A DNA stretch of 64,000 nt from Candidatus Latescibacterota bacterium (lineage in GTDB: Bacteria; Latescibacterota; UBA2968), in NCBI GenBank assembly GCA_965222605.1, contig OZ244960.1:4992001-5056000 (forward strand). Direction: 5' to 3'. The notes under the pieces are model-generated. The model made no database searches, had not been told where the DNA came from, and saw nothing but the letters and a program-made list of their open reading frames with translations. Each line of letters starts with the position of its first letter. Within the stretch, counting starts at the first letter, position 1. Made by a program: the position numbers and the translations under genes. Of the stretch, positions 48,576 to 58,378 are shown in pieces.

Positions 48576-49703
48576 ATGCGCGAATATTTGATTATTGATG
48601 GGCATCTCGATATGGCGTTTAACGCGCTATTTTATCGCCGAGATCTCACGCAGTCTGTATATGTGTTGCGCGATCGCGAAGACAGTCTGGTGGGGGGATT
48701 ATCGGCACATCCGGATTCGCTGGAACAGCGACGGGGACCACAGCCCAAGCGGTTTACGCCAACTGTTTGTTTGCCCGAGATGCGCAAAGGGCGCGTGGGG
48801 ATTATGCTTTCGACCATTATGTGTCGCGTGCAAAATCCACAGGATAATACACACAATGCGGTGCGCACACAGGATGTGGCTTATGCGCGAGGGCAATCTC
48901 ATCTGGCGTATTATCGGGCGTTGGAACGGTGTGGAGAAATTCGGTTTATCAAGTCTGTTGCAGATCTCAATGCCTGTGTTGCCGACTGGGAAAATCCATC
49001 GGACAATACACCCGTGGGGCTTATTTTGTCGATGGAAAGCGCCGATCCGATCCTGGGTCCCGATCAAGTAGGCGAATGGTATGAGGCGGGACTGCGCTCG
49101 GTATCTTTGACACATTTTGGTGCCAATACGTATGGGCACGGTACGGGTACGGTGGGCGGGTTATATCCACCGGCTTACGCGCTGATGGACGCGTTATCTG
49201 AGACGGATATTGCGCTGGATCTGACCCATGCGGCAGACCTCACCTTTTGGCATATTCTCGATTATTGGAAGGGGTCAGTACATGCCAGTCATTGCAATTG
49301 TCGCGCATTGGTGCCGGGACAGCGGCATTTGTCAGACGACATGATCCGTGCGATTACTGATCGAGGTGGCGTAATCGGAATGGTTTTTGCCGAGCAGATG
49401 CTGTCTCCTGCGTGGAATTGGGGCGATCCGCGTACGCATTATACCACGGCAACCCGACCGATGAAGGCGGTGCTCGAACACATCGATCACATCTGCGAAC
49501 TTACAGGCAGTACAGATCACGTGGCTTATGGCACGGATCTGGATGGTGGATTTGGGCTGGAGCTTTCGCCCACAGATTATCATACGATTGACGATTTGCA
49601 GCGTTTTTTAAGTCTCATGCGCGATCACGGCTATGGAGAAGACGATGTGAAGGGATTTGCGCATGGGAATTTGGTTCGATTTTTTACCTCTGCTTGGGAA
49701 TGA
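48576..49703 (+). CDS. Membrane dipeptidase (peptidase M19)
   Basis: DGHLD, MESAD, DLTH, ASH, HIDHI, GTDLDG, GN. Confidence 0.9.
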   Translation: MREYLIIDGHLDMAFNALFYRRDLTQSVYVLRDREDSLVGGLSAHPDSLEQRRGPQPKRFTPTVCLPEMRKGRVGIMLSTIMCRVQNPQDNTHNAVRTQDVAYARGQSHLAYYRALERCGEIRFIKSVADLNACVADWENPSDNTPVGLILSMESADPILGPDQVGEWYEAGLRSVSLTHFGANTYGHGTGTVGGLYPPAYALMDALSETDIALDLTHAADLTFWHILDYWKGSVHASHCNCRALVPGQRHLSDDMIRAITDRGGVIGMVFAEQMLSPAWNWGDPRTHYTTATRPMKAVLEHIDHICELTGSTDHVAYGTDLDGGFGLELSPTDYHTIDDLQRFLSLMRDHGYGEDDVKGFAHGNLVRFFTSAWE

Positions 49704-49704
49704 C

Positions 49705-50790
49705 ATGTCCGATCATACCTGCTTTATCGTCGATAGCCACTTAGACCTCGCCTTTTGCGCCATTCAGGTCAACCGCGATCTCACGCAACCTGCAGCAACT
49801 GTGCGGGTACACGATTCGGAACCGACTACGCGCAGTTTTGGGTCGTGTACGACTACTTTTCCCGAGTTGCACAAGGGTCGCGTGGGGATTGTGTTTGGCA
49901 CGGTGATGTCGCGTATTGATTCCAATGATCGCTGGACGCGCACAGGGATGTGGGATCAGACGCAGTGTTATGGTATCGGGATGGGGCATTACGCCTTTTA
50001 TAAGGCGATGGAACGGCGGGGGATTATCCGGCAGATTCATACGATTGAGGATTTGGATGAATGCGTTGCGGCGTGGGCACGGCCTTCGGCAGATACTCCT
50101 ATCGGGTTGGTGCTGGCGATGGAAAGCGCGGATCCGATTCTCGATCCCGATCAGGTGTCCGAATGGCGCGATCTGGGCTTGAAAATGGTGAGTATTTCGC
50201 ATTATGGCGTAAGTTCTTATTGTCATGGAACAGGGACGGAGGGGGGATTGCTGGAGCGGGGCAGGCCATTGCTCGACGCGCTCAAAGCCGCGGGAATTAT
50301 TGTGGATTTGACACATACGACTGATCAGGCATTCTGGGAAATTCTCGATTATTACGACGGGCCGGTGGCTGCAAGCCATCACAATTGTCGGTCACTGACG
50401 CCGGGGCAGAGACAGTTGACAGATGATATGATCCTCGCAATTGTAGAACGCGGCGGGGTTATTGGTGCGGCTTTTGATGCGTGGATGCTCGATCCTGAGT
50501 GGACGCGCGCTGTGCCGTGTTATGAGCAGACCACAAAGGCAACGCTCGAGACAGTGGTCGATCACATCGATCATGTGTGTCAGCTTGCTGGCAATGCGAA
50601 TCATTCTGGTATTGGGACCGATCTCGATGGGGGATTTGGTCAAGAACAATCGCCGCGAGACTTAAATACAATTGCCGATTTGCAAAATCTGGTGCCCATT
50701 TTTGAACGGCGCGGATATTCACAAGAAGATATTCAGAAGGTGTTGTCGGGGAATTGGGTGCGGTTGTTGAAATCGGTGTGGGCAAGGTGA
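49705..50790 (+). CDS. Membrane dipeptidase (peptidase M19), paralog
   Basis: DSHLD, MESAD, DLTH, ASHH, HIDHV, GTDLDG, GNW. Confidence 0.9.
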   Translation: MSDHTCFIVDSHLDLAFCAIQVNRDLTQPAATVRVHDSEPTTRSFGSCTTTFPELHKGRVGIVFGTVMSRIDSNDRWTRTGMWDQTQCYGIGMGHYAFYKAMERRGIIRQIHTIEDLDECVAAWARPSADTPIGLVLAMESADPILDPDQVSEWRDLGLKMVSISHYGVSSYCHGTGTEGGLLERGRPLLDALKAAGIIVDLTHTTDQAFWEILDYYDGPVAASHHNCRSLTPGQRQLTDDMILAIVERGGVIGAAFDAWMLDPEWTRAVPCYEQTTKATLETVVDHIDHVCQLAGNANHSGIGTDLDGGFGQEQSPRDLNTIADLQNLVPIFERRGYSQEDIQKVLSGNWVRLLKSVWAR

Positions 50791-50800
50791 GAGGAAAAAA

Positions 50801-52258
50801 ATGTCAGAGCGACCAAATTTGTTGTTGATTACAACAGATCAACAGCGTGGTGATTGCCTCGGGTGTGATGGACATCCGGCGCTGGAGACGCCATATCTCG
50901 ATGAATTGGCCGAGCAAGGGGCGCATTTCCCCCACGCATATACATCGGTGCCGTCGTGTACGCCTGCACGCGCGGGGATTCTCACGGGTATGGATCAATG
51001 GAATCACGGGCGATTGACAATGACGGGGGGGGATCCGCTGGAATATCCGGCGACATTGCCGGGAGAACTTGCAGCGGCGGGATATCACACGCAGGCCGTG
51101 GGCAAGATGCACCATGCCCCGCAGCGCAGGCTATACGGTTTTCACCACATGATGCTGGATGAAAGTGGACGGCGAGTAGGCAATTTCATCAGCGATTATC
51201 ACCTGTTTTTTGATCAGCACAAAGAAGGTGCTTACGGGTATCGGGATCACAGTATCGATTGGAATTCATGGATGGCGCGTCCCAGCCATCTGCCCGAGCA
51301 TTTGCATCCGACGCACTGGACGGCGAGTGAGGGGATTAAATTTTTGCAGCAGCGCGATCCGACCAAACCGTTTTTTATGTGGCTTTCATTTTCGCGTCCC
51401 CATTCGCCTTATGATGCGCCCCAGGCGTATTGGGATATGTATATCAATAATGACAATATCCCCAAAGCCGCTGTGGGAGACTGGGCGGCAGAGTTTGACA
51501 AAAAGATCGCAGATGTCAATGCGCCGCGTTCGCATCGTTCCGATGCCGAAACGCACAAGGGACGCGCGGGATATTACGGCAATATCACGTTTATCGATCA
51601 CCAGATTGGACGCGTGTTGTACGAGTTGCGCCGCCACGATCCGCATACATACCGCAATACCCTGATTATTTTTACATCTGATCACGGCGATATGATGGGC
51701 GATCATCACCACTGGCGAAAGACTTACGCTTACGAAGGGTCTGCGCGCATTCCGTTTATTGTGAAATATCCGGATACCTGGCGCGATGTGGCGCGAGGGG
51801 AGAAGTATGATCATCCGGTGGAGTTGCGCGATGTGATGCCCACATTGCTCGATGCTGCCGGGGTCGATATACCGGCATCTGTAGATGGACGGTCTCTTCT
51901 GGATATTGCGCGGGGAGATGATGGGGGATGGCGTGCGTTTGTGCAGGGCGAGCATACGACGTGTTATACAAGAGAACACGGGATGCAATATGTCACCGAT
52001 GGGCATGAAAAGTATATCTGGTTTCATCACACGGGAAAAGAACAGTTTTTTAATCTGGATGACGATCCGTTGGAATGCTGCGAATTGTCCAGAGACCCGG
52101 CTTATGAAGCGCGTATTGCAATGTGGCGCAGGCGATTGGCAGAGGTGAATGAAAATCGGGGCGATCCGAGGGGGCAAAATGGCGAACTCGTGCCGCAATT
52201 AGATGGCGCGCTGAGCCTGTCGCCAAATTATCATAGATGGAAAGACGCCGCACAATAA
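50801..52258 (+). CDS. Arylsulfatase / choline-sulfatase-like
   Basis: TDQQR, CTPAR, GKMH, PHSPY, SDHG. Confidence 0.92.
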   Translation: MSERPNLLLITTDQQRGDCLGCDGHPALETPYLDELAEQGAHFPHAYTSVPSCTPARAGILTGMDQWNHGRLTMTGGDPLEYPATLPGELAAAGYHTQAVGKMHHAPQRRLYGFHHMMLDESGRRVGNFISDYHLFFDQHKEGAYGYRDHSIDWNSWMARPSHLPEHLHPTHWTASEGIKFLQQRDPTKPFFMWLSFSRPHSPYDAPQAYWDMYINNDNIPKAAVGDWAAEFDKKIADVNAPRSHRSDAETHKGRAGYYGNITFIDHQIGRVLYELRRHDPHTYRNTLIIFTSDHGDMMGDHHHWRKTYAYEGSARIPFIVKYPDTWRDVARGEKYDHPVELRDVMPTLLDAAGVDIPASVDGRSLLDIARGDDGGWRAFVQGEHTTCYTREHGMQYVTDGHEKYIWFHHTGKEQFFNLDDDPLECCELSRDPAYEARIAMWRRRLAEVNENRGDPRGQNGELVPQLDGALSLSPNYHRWKDAAQ

Positions 52259-52271
52259 ATGTGAGGATGCT

Positions 52272-52742
52272 ATGGCCCCAAAATACTGGCTTGTAAAGTG
52301 CGAATACGATGTGTGCTCTTTTGAAGAGTTGAGCAATCGGCCCAGTGGGATTGGGTACTGGCGAGGTGTGCGCAATTATCAGGCGCGCAATTTTATCCGC
52401 GACGAAATGCAAAAAGGCGATCAGGCGCTTTTCTATCAGTCGAATTGTAAAAATCCCGGTATTGCTGGTATTACCAATATTGTGCGTGCGGGGTATCCCG
52501 ATCCCTCTCAATTTGATGCGCAGCATGAGTACTACGACGAGAAGTCCTCCAAAGAAGATCCACGCTGGTTTTCTTTTGATGTGCAATGGTCAAAAGCATT
52601 TGAGCCTTATGTCAGTCTGCAAGACCTCAAGAGCAATCCCAAGCTCAAAGATATGAAGGTGGTTCAGCGCGGGCAGCGGTTGTCAATTCAGCCGGTGACA
52701 AAGGGGGAGTTTGATATTGTGTGCGAGATGGGCGGGCTTTGA
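52272..52742 (+). CDS. EVE domain protein (thymocyte nuclear protein 1-like)
   Basis: YWLVKCE, W-x-GVRNYQARN, FYQS, RLSIQPV. Confidence 0.92.
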   Translation: MAPKYWLVKCEYDVCSFEELSNRPSGIGYWRGVRNYQARNFIRDEMQKGDQALFYQSNCKNPGIAGITNIVRAGYPDPSQFDAQHEYYDEKSSKEDPRWFSFDVQWSKAFEPYVSLQDLKSNPKLKDMKVVQRGQRLSIQPVTKGEFDIVCEMGGL

Positions 52743-52942
52743 TATTTGGAAGGAAGCCAAACTACTGTGAAAGGGAAATAGAATTCCCCGTTTTAGTGGA
52801 GTATTTAGGGCTTGGGTTTCAAGCCTGTGATTGGCGACGATTATGAATAGCGTATGGGGATTGCCTATACGAGCTATTTCACACATCAAGGCGGTGTGGG
52901 CATGAATTTATGCACACCCCTCATATAAATGGAGGCAATAAC

Positions 52943-53170
52943 ATGGCGAGTACAATTCATCTGTCTCCCGAAGCTGAGCAACGAATTGATTTCCTGGTGT
53001 CGAAAACAGGGCGAACCAAGGCTTTCTTTCTCGGGGAGATTATTAAACGCGGCCTTGAAGATGTAGAGGATTATTATCTTGCAGCAGACTTACTGGAAGG
53101 CGTCCGAAAAGACACGGAAGCGGTGTAATCAGATGTTGAAGTGAGACGAGCACTTGACCATTCAGTTTGA
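52943..53170 (+). pseudogene. RHH/CopG RelB-StbD-like antitoxin with probable premature stop; no toxin gene
   Basis: GGAGG SD; TGRTKAFF, EDVEDYYLA. The TAA at 53126 is followed in frame by SDVEVRRAL, which resembles the usual C-terminus. Confidence 0.65.
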
Positions 53171-53287
53171 TTTAGTTGAACAGGAAGAAATTCTCGCGCA
53201 CTTGAAATTGCTATAATAGTTCAGGTTGATGGTATTGCGTCTAAGGACATTAAAATGATCCTTCCTTTGCCTACCCAATCTCTGATT

Positions 53288-53334
53288 AAAAAAAAGAAAC
53301 CCCCGCTTGGAATGACCCTGGCGGGGGTTCTTTT
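53288..53334. terminator. Bidirectional intrinsic terminator
   Basis: A-tract, AACCCCCGC...GCGGGGGTT stem, T-tract. Confidence 0.75.
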
Positions 53335-53352
53335 GGCTGTGTGAAGGGGCGA

Positions 53353-54672
53353 TCACGTCACGACAGGTGCCATACCCGGTTCGCCCGCGTGGTAGGACGC
53401 CAGGCACCAGGGATCTCGGGTTTCTTTTCGGAAGGTGCGAACCTTTTGTCGCATGGCTTCGGCTATGTCACGAATCGCGGGATCGTCGATGATGTTGGTG
53501 GATTCCATGGGATCGTTTTCGATATCGAAAAGGGCTTCGGCATCCTGGTGCAGAAATTTTTCCGTGCGGCGTTTGCCCATTTCCAAATTTTCTTTGCGAA
53601 TGGCCTGCCAGGTGGGCGAGGCCCACAGGTCACTGGGCAAAGGGGTGGTGATTTCGGGATAGAGATTGCGCACGTATTTGTATTTGCGACCGCGCAGAAC
53701 GCGGTAGGGATAGTAGTTGGTGACCTCGTGGAAGGTGTGGGAAAAGAAGGTTTCGTCAAATCCCTCGGGATGTGCCTGGTCGAGGATGGGGACGAGGGAT
53801 TTTTCGGGCAAACCTTCAGGGGGGGCAACGCCGCACCATTCAAAGACGGTGGGGGCGATGTTGTTCCAGTTGACGAGGGCGTCGCTGACAACGGCTTCGG
53901 CATTTGGACGCGCAATGATGAGTGGGCAGTGATGGCCCGTGTCAAAAGAAGAGGCTTTGCCGCCGGGAAAGGGCATGCCGTGGTCGCTCATGACGATGAT
54001 CATGGTGTCATCGGCCCGGCCAGCGTCTTGAAGTGCCTGCACGGCCATGCCTATGCCGGTGTCGAGGCGAGAGACGGATTGGTAGTATTCGGCAAATTCT
54101 CGTCGAACATCTGGATGGTCGGGCAGAAAATCGGGAACGATGACTTCTTCGGGAGAATACGTGACTTCGGGAACGCCGGGATAGGTTTGTTTGTTGCCGA
54201 AGTCACGGTGGGGATCGGAATAACCGACGTGTAGATAGAATGGCTGGTCGCTGTCAATGGTTTCAAAGAATTTTGAGATGTTGTCTGCAATACCGCGCAC
54301 ATTGCGCCCACCACCGGTTTCGTAGTTCCAGGGATAGACAGATTCGGGTTGTACGTGGAGTTTGCCGACAACGCCGGTTGTGAATCCGGCGGATTGTAGG
54401 GTTTTGGGAATTGACGGCATGTTGAGTTGCGTGTGGAAATTGTGGATGCTGTGCGAGTGGCCGTATTGCCCGTGCGTGTGGCTGTAGTGACCGGTGAGCA
54501 GGTTGGCGCGACTGGCTGCACACGATGGGGTGGTGCAAAAGGCGTGCTTAAATAAGGTGCCTCGCGCGGCAAGTGCATCTACGCTGGGCATTTTGATGAC
54601 ATTATTGCCATAACATCCGGCTATGGGACTCCAATCGTCGGCAATGAGTAAGAGGACGTTGCGATAGGACAT
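53353..54672 (-). CDS. Sulfatase (N-sulfoglucosamine sulfohydrolase-like)
   Basis: ADD, CAASR, GKLH, DPHR, SDHGMPFPG, HTFHE. Confidence 0.88.
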   Translation of the reverse strand: MSYRNVLLLIADDWSPIAGCYGNNVIKMPSVDALAARGTLFKHAFCTTPSCAASRANLLTGHYSHTHGQYGHSHSIHNFHTQLNMPSIPKTLQSAGFTTGVVGKLHVQPESVYPWNYETGGGRNVRGIADNISKFFETIDSDQPFYLHVGYSDPHRDFGNKQTYPGVPEVTYSPEEVIVPDFLPDHPDVRREFAEYYQSVSRLDTGIGMAVQALQDAGRADDTMIIVMSDHGMPFPGGKASSFDTGHHCPLIIARPNAEAVVSDALVNWNNIAPTVFEWCGVAPPEGLPEKSLVPILDQAHPEGFDETFFSHTFHEVTNYYPYRVLRGRKYKYVRNLYPEITTPLPSDLWASPTWQAIRKENLEMGKRRTEKFLHQDAEALFDIENDPMESTNIIDDPAIRDIAEAMRQKVRTFRKETRDPWCLASYHAGEPGMAPVVT

Positions 54673-54683
54673 AAGATCTCCTT

Positions 54684-56000
54684 TTAATTCCTTATTGAAC
54701 TGTTGTCGCGTTTTCTCTCATCGGTTATTTGTTCGAGCATTTGATGCACGCGGTCGGCTTGTGTGGTTGTTATATTTGTCGTTTCGTAAGGATCGGAACC
54801 GATGTGAAAGAGTTTGGTTTCTTCGGGGGTTTGGCCTTCTTCGTAGATCAATTTCCAATTGCCCGTTCGCATGCCAAAGGATGATCCTTTAAAGTTCCAG
54901 AAGATAGACCGTTCTTTGGGTATGGCGATGTCGCCTGTGAGCAGGGGCCAGATGTCCTGACCATCCCATTGGGGATCGCTGTTGGGCGTGTACCCGATGA
55001 GATTGGTCAGGGTTGGCATCCAATCGGTTATGTGCAGGGGGTGAAAGCATTTGCCGGGTTGCAGATGAAAAGGCCAATTGATCAGAGAAGGGGTGCGGAT
55101 ACCGCCTTCGTAGAGTTGAGATTTTTGACCTCGTAGGGGCAAATTGCAGCCCAGGCGCGGCATTTCTTCGTGGCGGCCCGGGTATTTGTCCGTGTCGTGA
55201 AGTGGGCCAGCAGGGATGGCGCCGTTGTCCGATGAGAAGATGATGATGGTGTTTTCGCGCTGGCAGGTGCGGGCAAGGGTTTCGACGAGTTGGCCGATGG
55301 CGTGATCCATCTGGCTGGCGTAGGCGGCATAGGTTTTGAATGAGCGGTCTTTGTTGTCGTCGGGATCGTAGCGTCGGTCTGAATAGCGGTCTATCCAGTG
55401 TTGCGGAGCTTTGATGGGGGTGTGAACAGCGGTGAAAGGGACATAGCAAAACCAGGGGCCTGTTTGCGCTTCGATCCACTGGGTGGCTTCACGAGCGATG
55501 AGGTCGGTGACGTGACCGCGCTCTTCGATGAGTTCGCCATTGCGGTGCCAGGTGACGCTGTAAGGACCTGATTTGTAGCGATGGTTATACGGGTCAACGC
55601 CGCCGGCAAGGCTTCCATAACTGGTATTGAAACCAAATTGGTTAGGACCGTATTCGGGAGAAGATCCCAGATGCCATTTTCCAAAGAGGCCGGTTTCATA
55701 GCCTGCATTGCGGAAGGAGGAGGCCAGTGTTTCATAGCCATCTGGGAGGACGGGGGCATTGGATGGGACGGTGGCGTGGCGTCCAAAACGACCGGGATGG
55801 CGGCCCGTTAGCAGGCAGGTGCGGGTTGGGGTACACATGGGACAGACGTAGTGCTGGTCGAGTTCGACCCCCGTGGTCGCAAGGCGGTCGATGTTGGGCG
55901 TGCGAATGTGTGAGCCGTGATAGCTGACGTCACCCCAGCCCATGTCGTCGGCGAGGATGAAGAGGATGTTGGGTTTTTCAATTTTTCCAGATTTGGCCAT
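54684..56000 (-). CDS. Arylsulfatase (ArsB-like)
   Basis: ADDMGWGD, CTPTR, GKWHLG, AVHTP, SDNG, LRGQK..YEGG. Confidence 0.92.
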   Translation of the reverse strand: MAKSGKIEKPNILFILADDMGWGDVSYHGSHIRTPNIDRLATTGVELDQHYVCPMCTPTRTCLLTGRHPGRFGRHATVPSNAPVLPDGYETLASSFRNAGYETGLFGKWHLGSSPEYGPNQFGFNTSYGSLAGGVDPYNHRYKSGPYSVTWHRNGELIEERGHVTDLIAREATQWIEAQTGPWFCYVPFTAVHTPIKAPQHWIDRYSDRRYDPDDNKDRSFKTYAAYASQMDHAIGQLVETLARTCQRENTIIIFSSDNGAIPAGPLHDTDKYPGRHEEMPRLGCNLPLRGQKSQLYEGGIRTPSLINWPFHLQPGKCFHPLHITDWMPTLTNLIGYTPNSDPQWDGQDIWPLLTGDIAIPKERSIFWNFKGSSFGMRTGNWKLIYEEGQTPEETKLFHIGSDPYETTNITTTQADRVHQMLEQITDERKRDNSSIRN

Positions 56001-56027
56001 GGTAGGTTTCCTGTTAAATTATAATAT

Positions 56028-56444
56028 CTACTGTCTGATTTTGCCGTTTTCCCTGTGTTTCGCATACCACAATAATAGGATTATGATTGCGACACCTGTG
56101 CCATCCCACACCACATCGGTCCAGGTGCCGGTGCGACTGGGTACAAAGGATTGGTGGTATTCGTCCAATATCGCATAGAGAATGGATATCAGGATGCTCC
56201 ACAATACACAGGAAGTAAATCGGTTGAACTGGTTTGTCCATAGAGACCGAAAACACAAATAGGTCAGAATAGCATATTCTGCTATGTGTGCGAATTTGCG
56301 TACGGCATGGTGTATTCGTTCACTAAAAAAGAAAAATTTTTCGGTATTCTCGAACGATAGCAAGCCACTTGAACCAAAAAAAATTAAGAGTAGCCAGCAA
56401 AACAGGGCGATGCGCCAATGCGTTGTTGTCATGAGTTTTTTCAC
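56028..56444 (-). CDS. VanZ family membrane protein
   Basis: RKFAHIAEY, DEYHQSFVPSR, DV..D. The start may be ATG 56432. Confidence 0.88.
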   Translation of the reverse strand: MKKLMTTTHWRIALFCWLLLIFFGSSGLLSFENTEKFFFFSERIHHAVRKFAHIAEYAILTYLCFRSLWTNQFNRFTSCVLWSILISILYAILDEYHQSFVPSRTGTWTDVVWDGTGVAIIILLLWYAKHRENGKIRQ

Positions 56445-56472
56445 TGGAAAAGTCGGGAAAGGGATTTCCCTC

Positions 56473-57216
56473 CTACTGGTTTACCGTCTTGAGGGCTTGT
56501 ATCGCGTCGGCGGTAGCGTCGATGACGTGGGCACCCGAGGGCACGATAAATTCAAACCATTTGTCTTTCAAGTCTGGGTTGATGGTCAAATTGTGAAAGG
56601 TCTGCGTGATGATCTCATTGTTTTCGGCATCAAAAAGGCCAACTCGGCGCAACAGGCCATCTTTGGGATTGACGAGCAATTGTGCTTTGACAGGGGGGTT
56701 AGGCAGTTGTGCATGTAAGAGATTGACTTTGGCTTTGGCTTCAAAGACGCGGTGGGGGTGCTCTTCAAATATTTCGTCTGCGGTGTAGCGAATGCTCGTC
56801 CATTCCAGACCTCTAAAGGGACGCAAGGGATCGGCCTGGTCTGCATCGGCTTCGAGGTTGGTGATGCGATAGACGCGCCCCAGGTTCACTTTGGAGACGA
56901 TTTTTTCTTCGCGGTCATAGGTCCACATCAATCCGCCATCAGACAGGCGTTGTGAAATAATTACTTGATCTTGCACAGTATCGAGACGCATCAGATTGGG
57001 GCGCTTAAAGGTTGCGCTGGCATTGAGCGTCAGTTCTTGATCCATAACGCGAATGACGGTCGTTTGTTCGGCCTTACAGGTGGCGATTTCTCTGGCATTT
57101 TTTTGAATTTCGACCATTATTTCATCGGTTTTACTATCTCCTGTTGACATTTTGTTTTTGTTTTCCGCGCTGACCTGAGCTGTGAGGATCAGCATTGCGA
57201 TCACCCAGCGTTTCAT
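56473..57216 (-). CDS. LolA-like outer-membrane lipoprotein carrier
   Basis: Signal peptide, KRPNLMR, SDGGLMWTYD, FEFIVPSGA. Confidence 0.7.
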   Translation of the reverse strand: MKRWVIAMLILTAQVSAENKNKMSTGDSKTDEIMVEIQKNAREIATCKAEQTTVIRVMDQELTLNASATFKRPNLMRLDTVQDQVIISQRLSDGGLMWTYDREEKIVSKVNLGRVYRITNLEADADQADPLRPFRGLEWTSIRYTADEIFEEHPHRVFEAKAKVNLLHAQLPNPPVKAQLLVNPKDGLLRRVGLFDAENNEIITQTFHNLTINPDLKDKWFEFIVPSGAHVIDATADAIQALKTVNQ

Positions 57217-57228
57217 AACTTGCTCCTT

Positions 57229-57825
57229 ATGAGAAATTTTATTCTTCGCGCTCGCAAAGGCCCGACCACCCCCGATTTTTCACTGGATGACCTGTGCAAG
57301 GTTGGACGATTGGAGATTGTGGCGCATTGTTTGGCTAACGCGCTTTTTTATTCTCAAAATATACGAACCGATACTGTTGTACATCTCGTCTTTGATGGGC
57401 CTTCGGACCCGCCGAAAACCGTGCGCTTTGAAAGCGATCATCTAACCTATTTGGGTGGGTTTGATGAACGCACTTTGGCAGGAGTGGTGCAAAAAGCACT
57501 ATCTGCTGGCAAAGGTTTGTCATTGGGCGAAGAGCGACAGGTTGATAACGGTCTTTTTGTGGCGAAAAAGGGATTTGAACGCGTTGTGCAAGATCGCACG
57601 GAATCGCTCTATGTACTCGAGCGCAGGGGTGCTGATATTCGCACGGTGACATTTCCTCAGGATGTGACGTTTGTTTTTTCAGACCATCTCACAATGCCAA
57701 AAAAAACGGCTAAGTATTTGCGCCGCCTCGGTGCCAAACCGATTTGCGTGGGTCCCAGAATGTTGTTTGCTTCTCAGTGTATTGTGTTGCTACACAATGA
57801 GTTGGACCGGCAGGATGTTTGGTAA
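57229..57825 (+). CDS. trmY: tRNA (pseudouridine54-N1)-methyltransferase (SPOUT)
   Basis: MRNFILRAR, GRLEI, DER, SDH, GP..LFASQC..HNELD. Confidence 0.85.
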   Translation: MRNFILRARKGPTTPDFSLDDLCKVGRLEIVAHCLANALFYSQNIRTDTVVHLVFDGPSDPPKTVRFESDHLTYLGGFDERTLAGVVQKALSAGKGLSLGEERQVDNGLFVAKKGFERVVQDRTESLYVLERRGADIRTVTFPQDVTFVFSDHLTMPKKTAKYLRRLGAKPICVGPRMLFASQCIVLLHNELDRQDVW

Positions 57826-57834
57826 AGTGATTTG

Positions 57835-58329
57835 CTAAAAGAGTTTGAATGTCGCGCCGATGTGTCCGGAAAATCCACTGACAACATCATTTTGATCTTC
57901 GACAAATTTGATCCTGGCAAATAGCCCGAGTTTTTCACCTATTGGAAATTTGTATCCCAATTCCCCACCTATAAAACGACCAGAAGTACCATCCGATAGT
58001 ACAAGTCCAATACTCGGCCCAAAAAACAGCTTGTGGGTTTCAACGTCACGCATGCCAATCGCATAATTGAGACTCGTGCCCAGGGTATGCATCATCGGGC
58101 TGGCAAAACTTATGTCGTAAAACGGCGCGAATATGAATGGTCCAGGCAGGTTGACATGGACAGAGGTGTGCAGGGCAATCCCGCCGGCTGAATCAAAACG
58201 CTGGCGAATACTGTCGTTCCACATAAAGCCCCCACCCAGGTTTACGCCGTCGATAAATGCCGCATCGGCAGTGCCCATATTAGAAGACAATACACATATC
58301 GCGAGACAAAAACTTTTTAGAATCTTCAC
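57835..58329 (-). CDS. Small outer-membrane beta-barrel protein
   Basis: AAGGAGG SD, GTG start, signal peptide, alternating strands, C-terminal F. Confidence 0.65.
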   Translation of the reverse strand: MKILKSFCLAICVLSSNMGTADAAFIDGVNLGGGFMWNDSIRQRFDSAGGIALHTSVHVNLPGPFIFAPFYDISFASPMMHTLGTSLNYAIGMRDVETHKLFFGPSIGLVLSDGTSGRFIGGELGYKFPIGEKLGLFARIKFVEDQNDVVSGFSGHIGATFKLF

Positions 58330-58378
58330 AAAACCTCCTTCACAGTTTTCATTTTCTATACTTAAATCGAGTCCCAGA

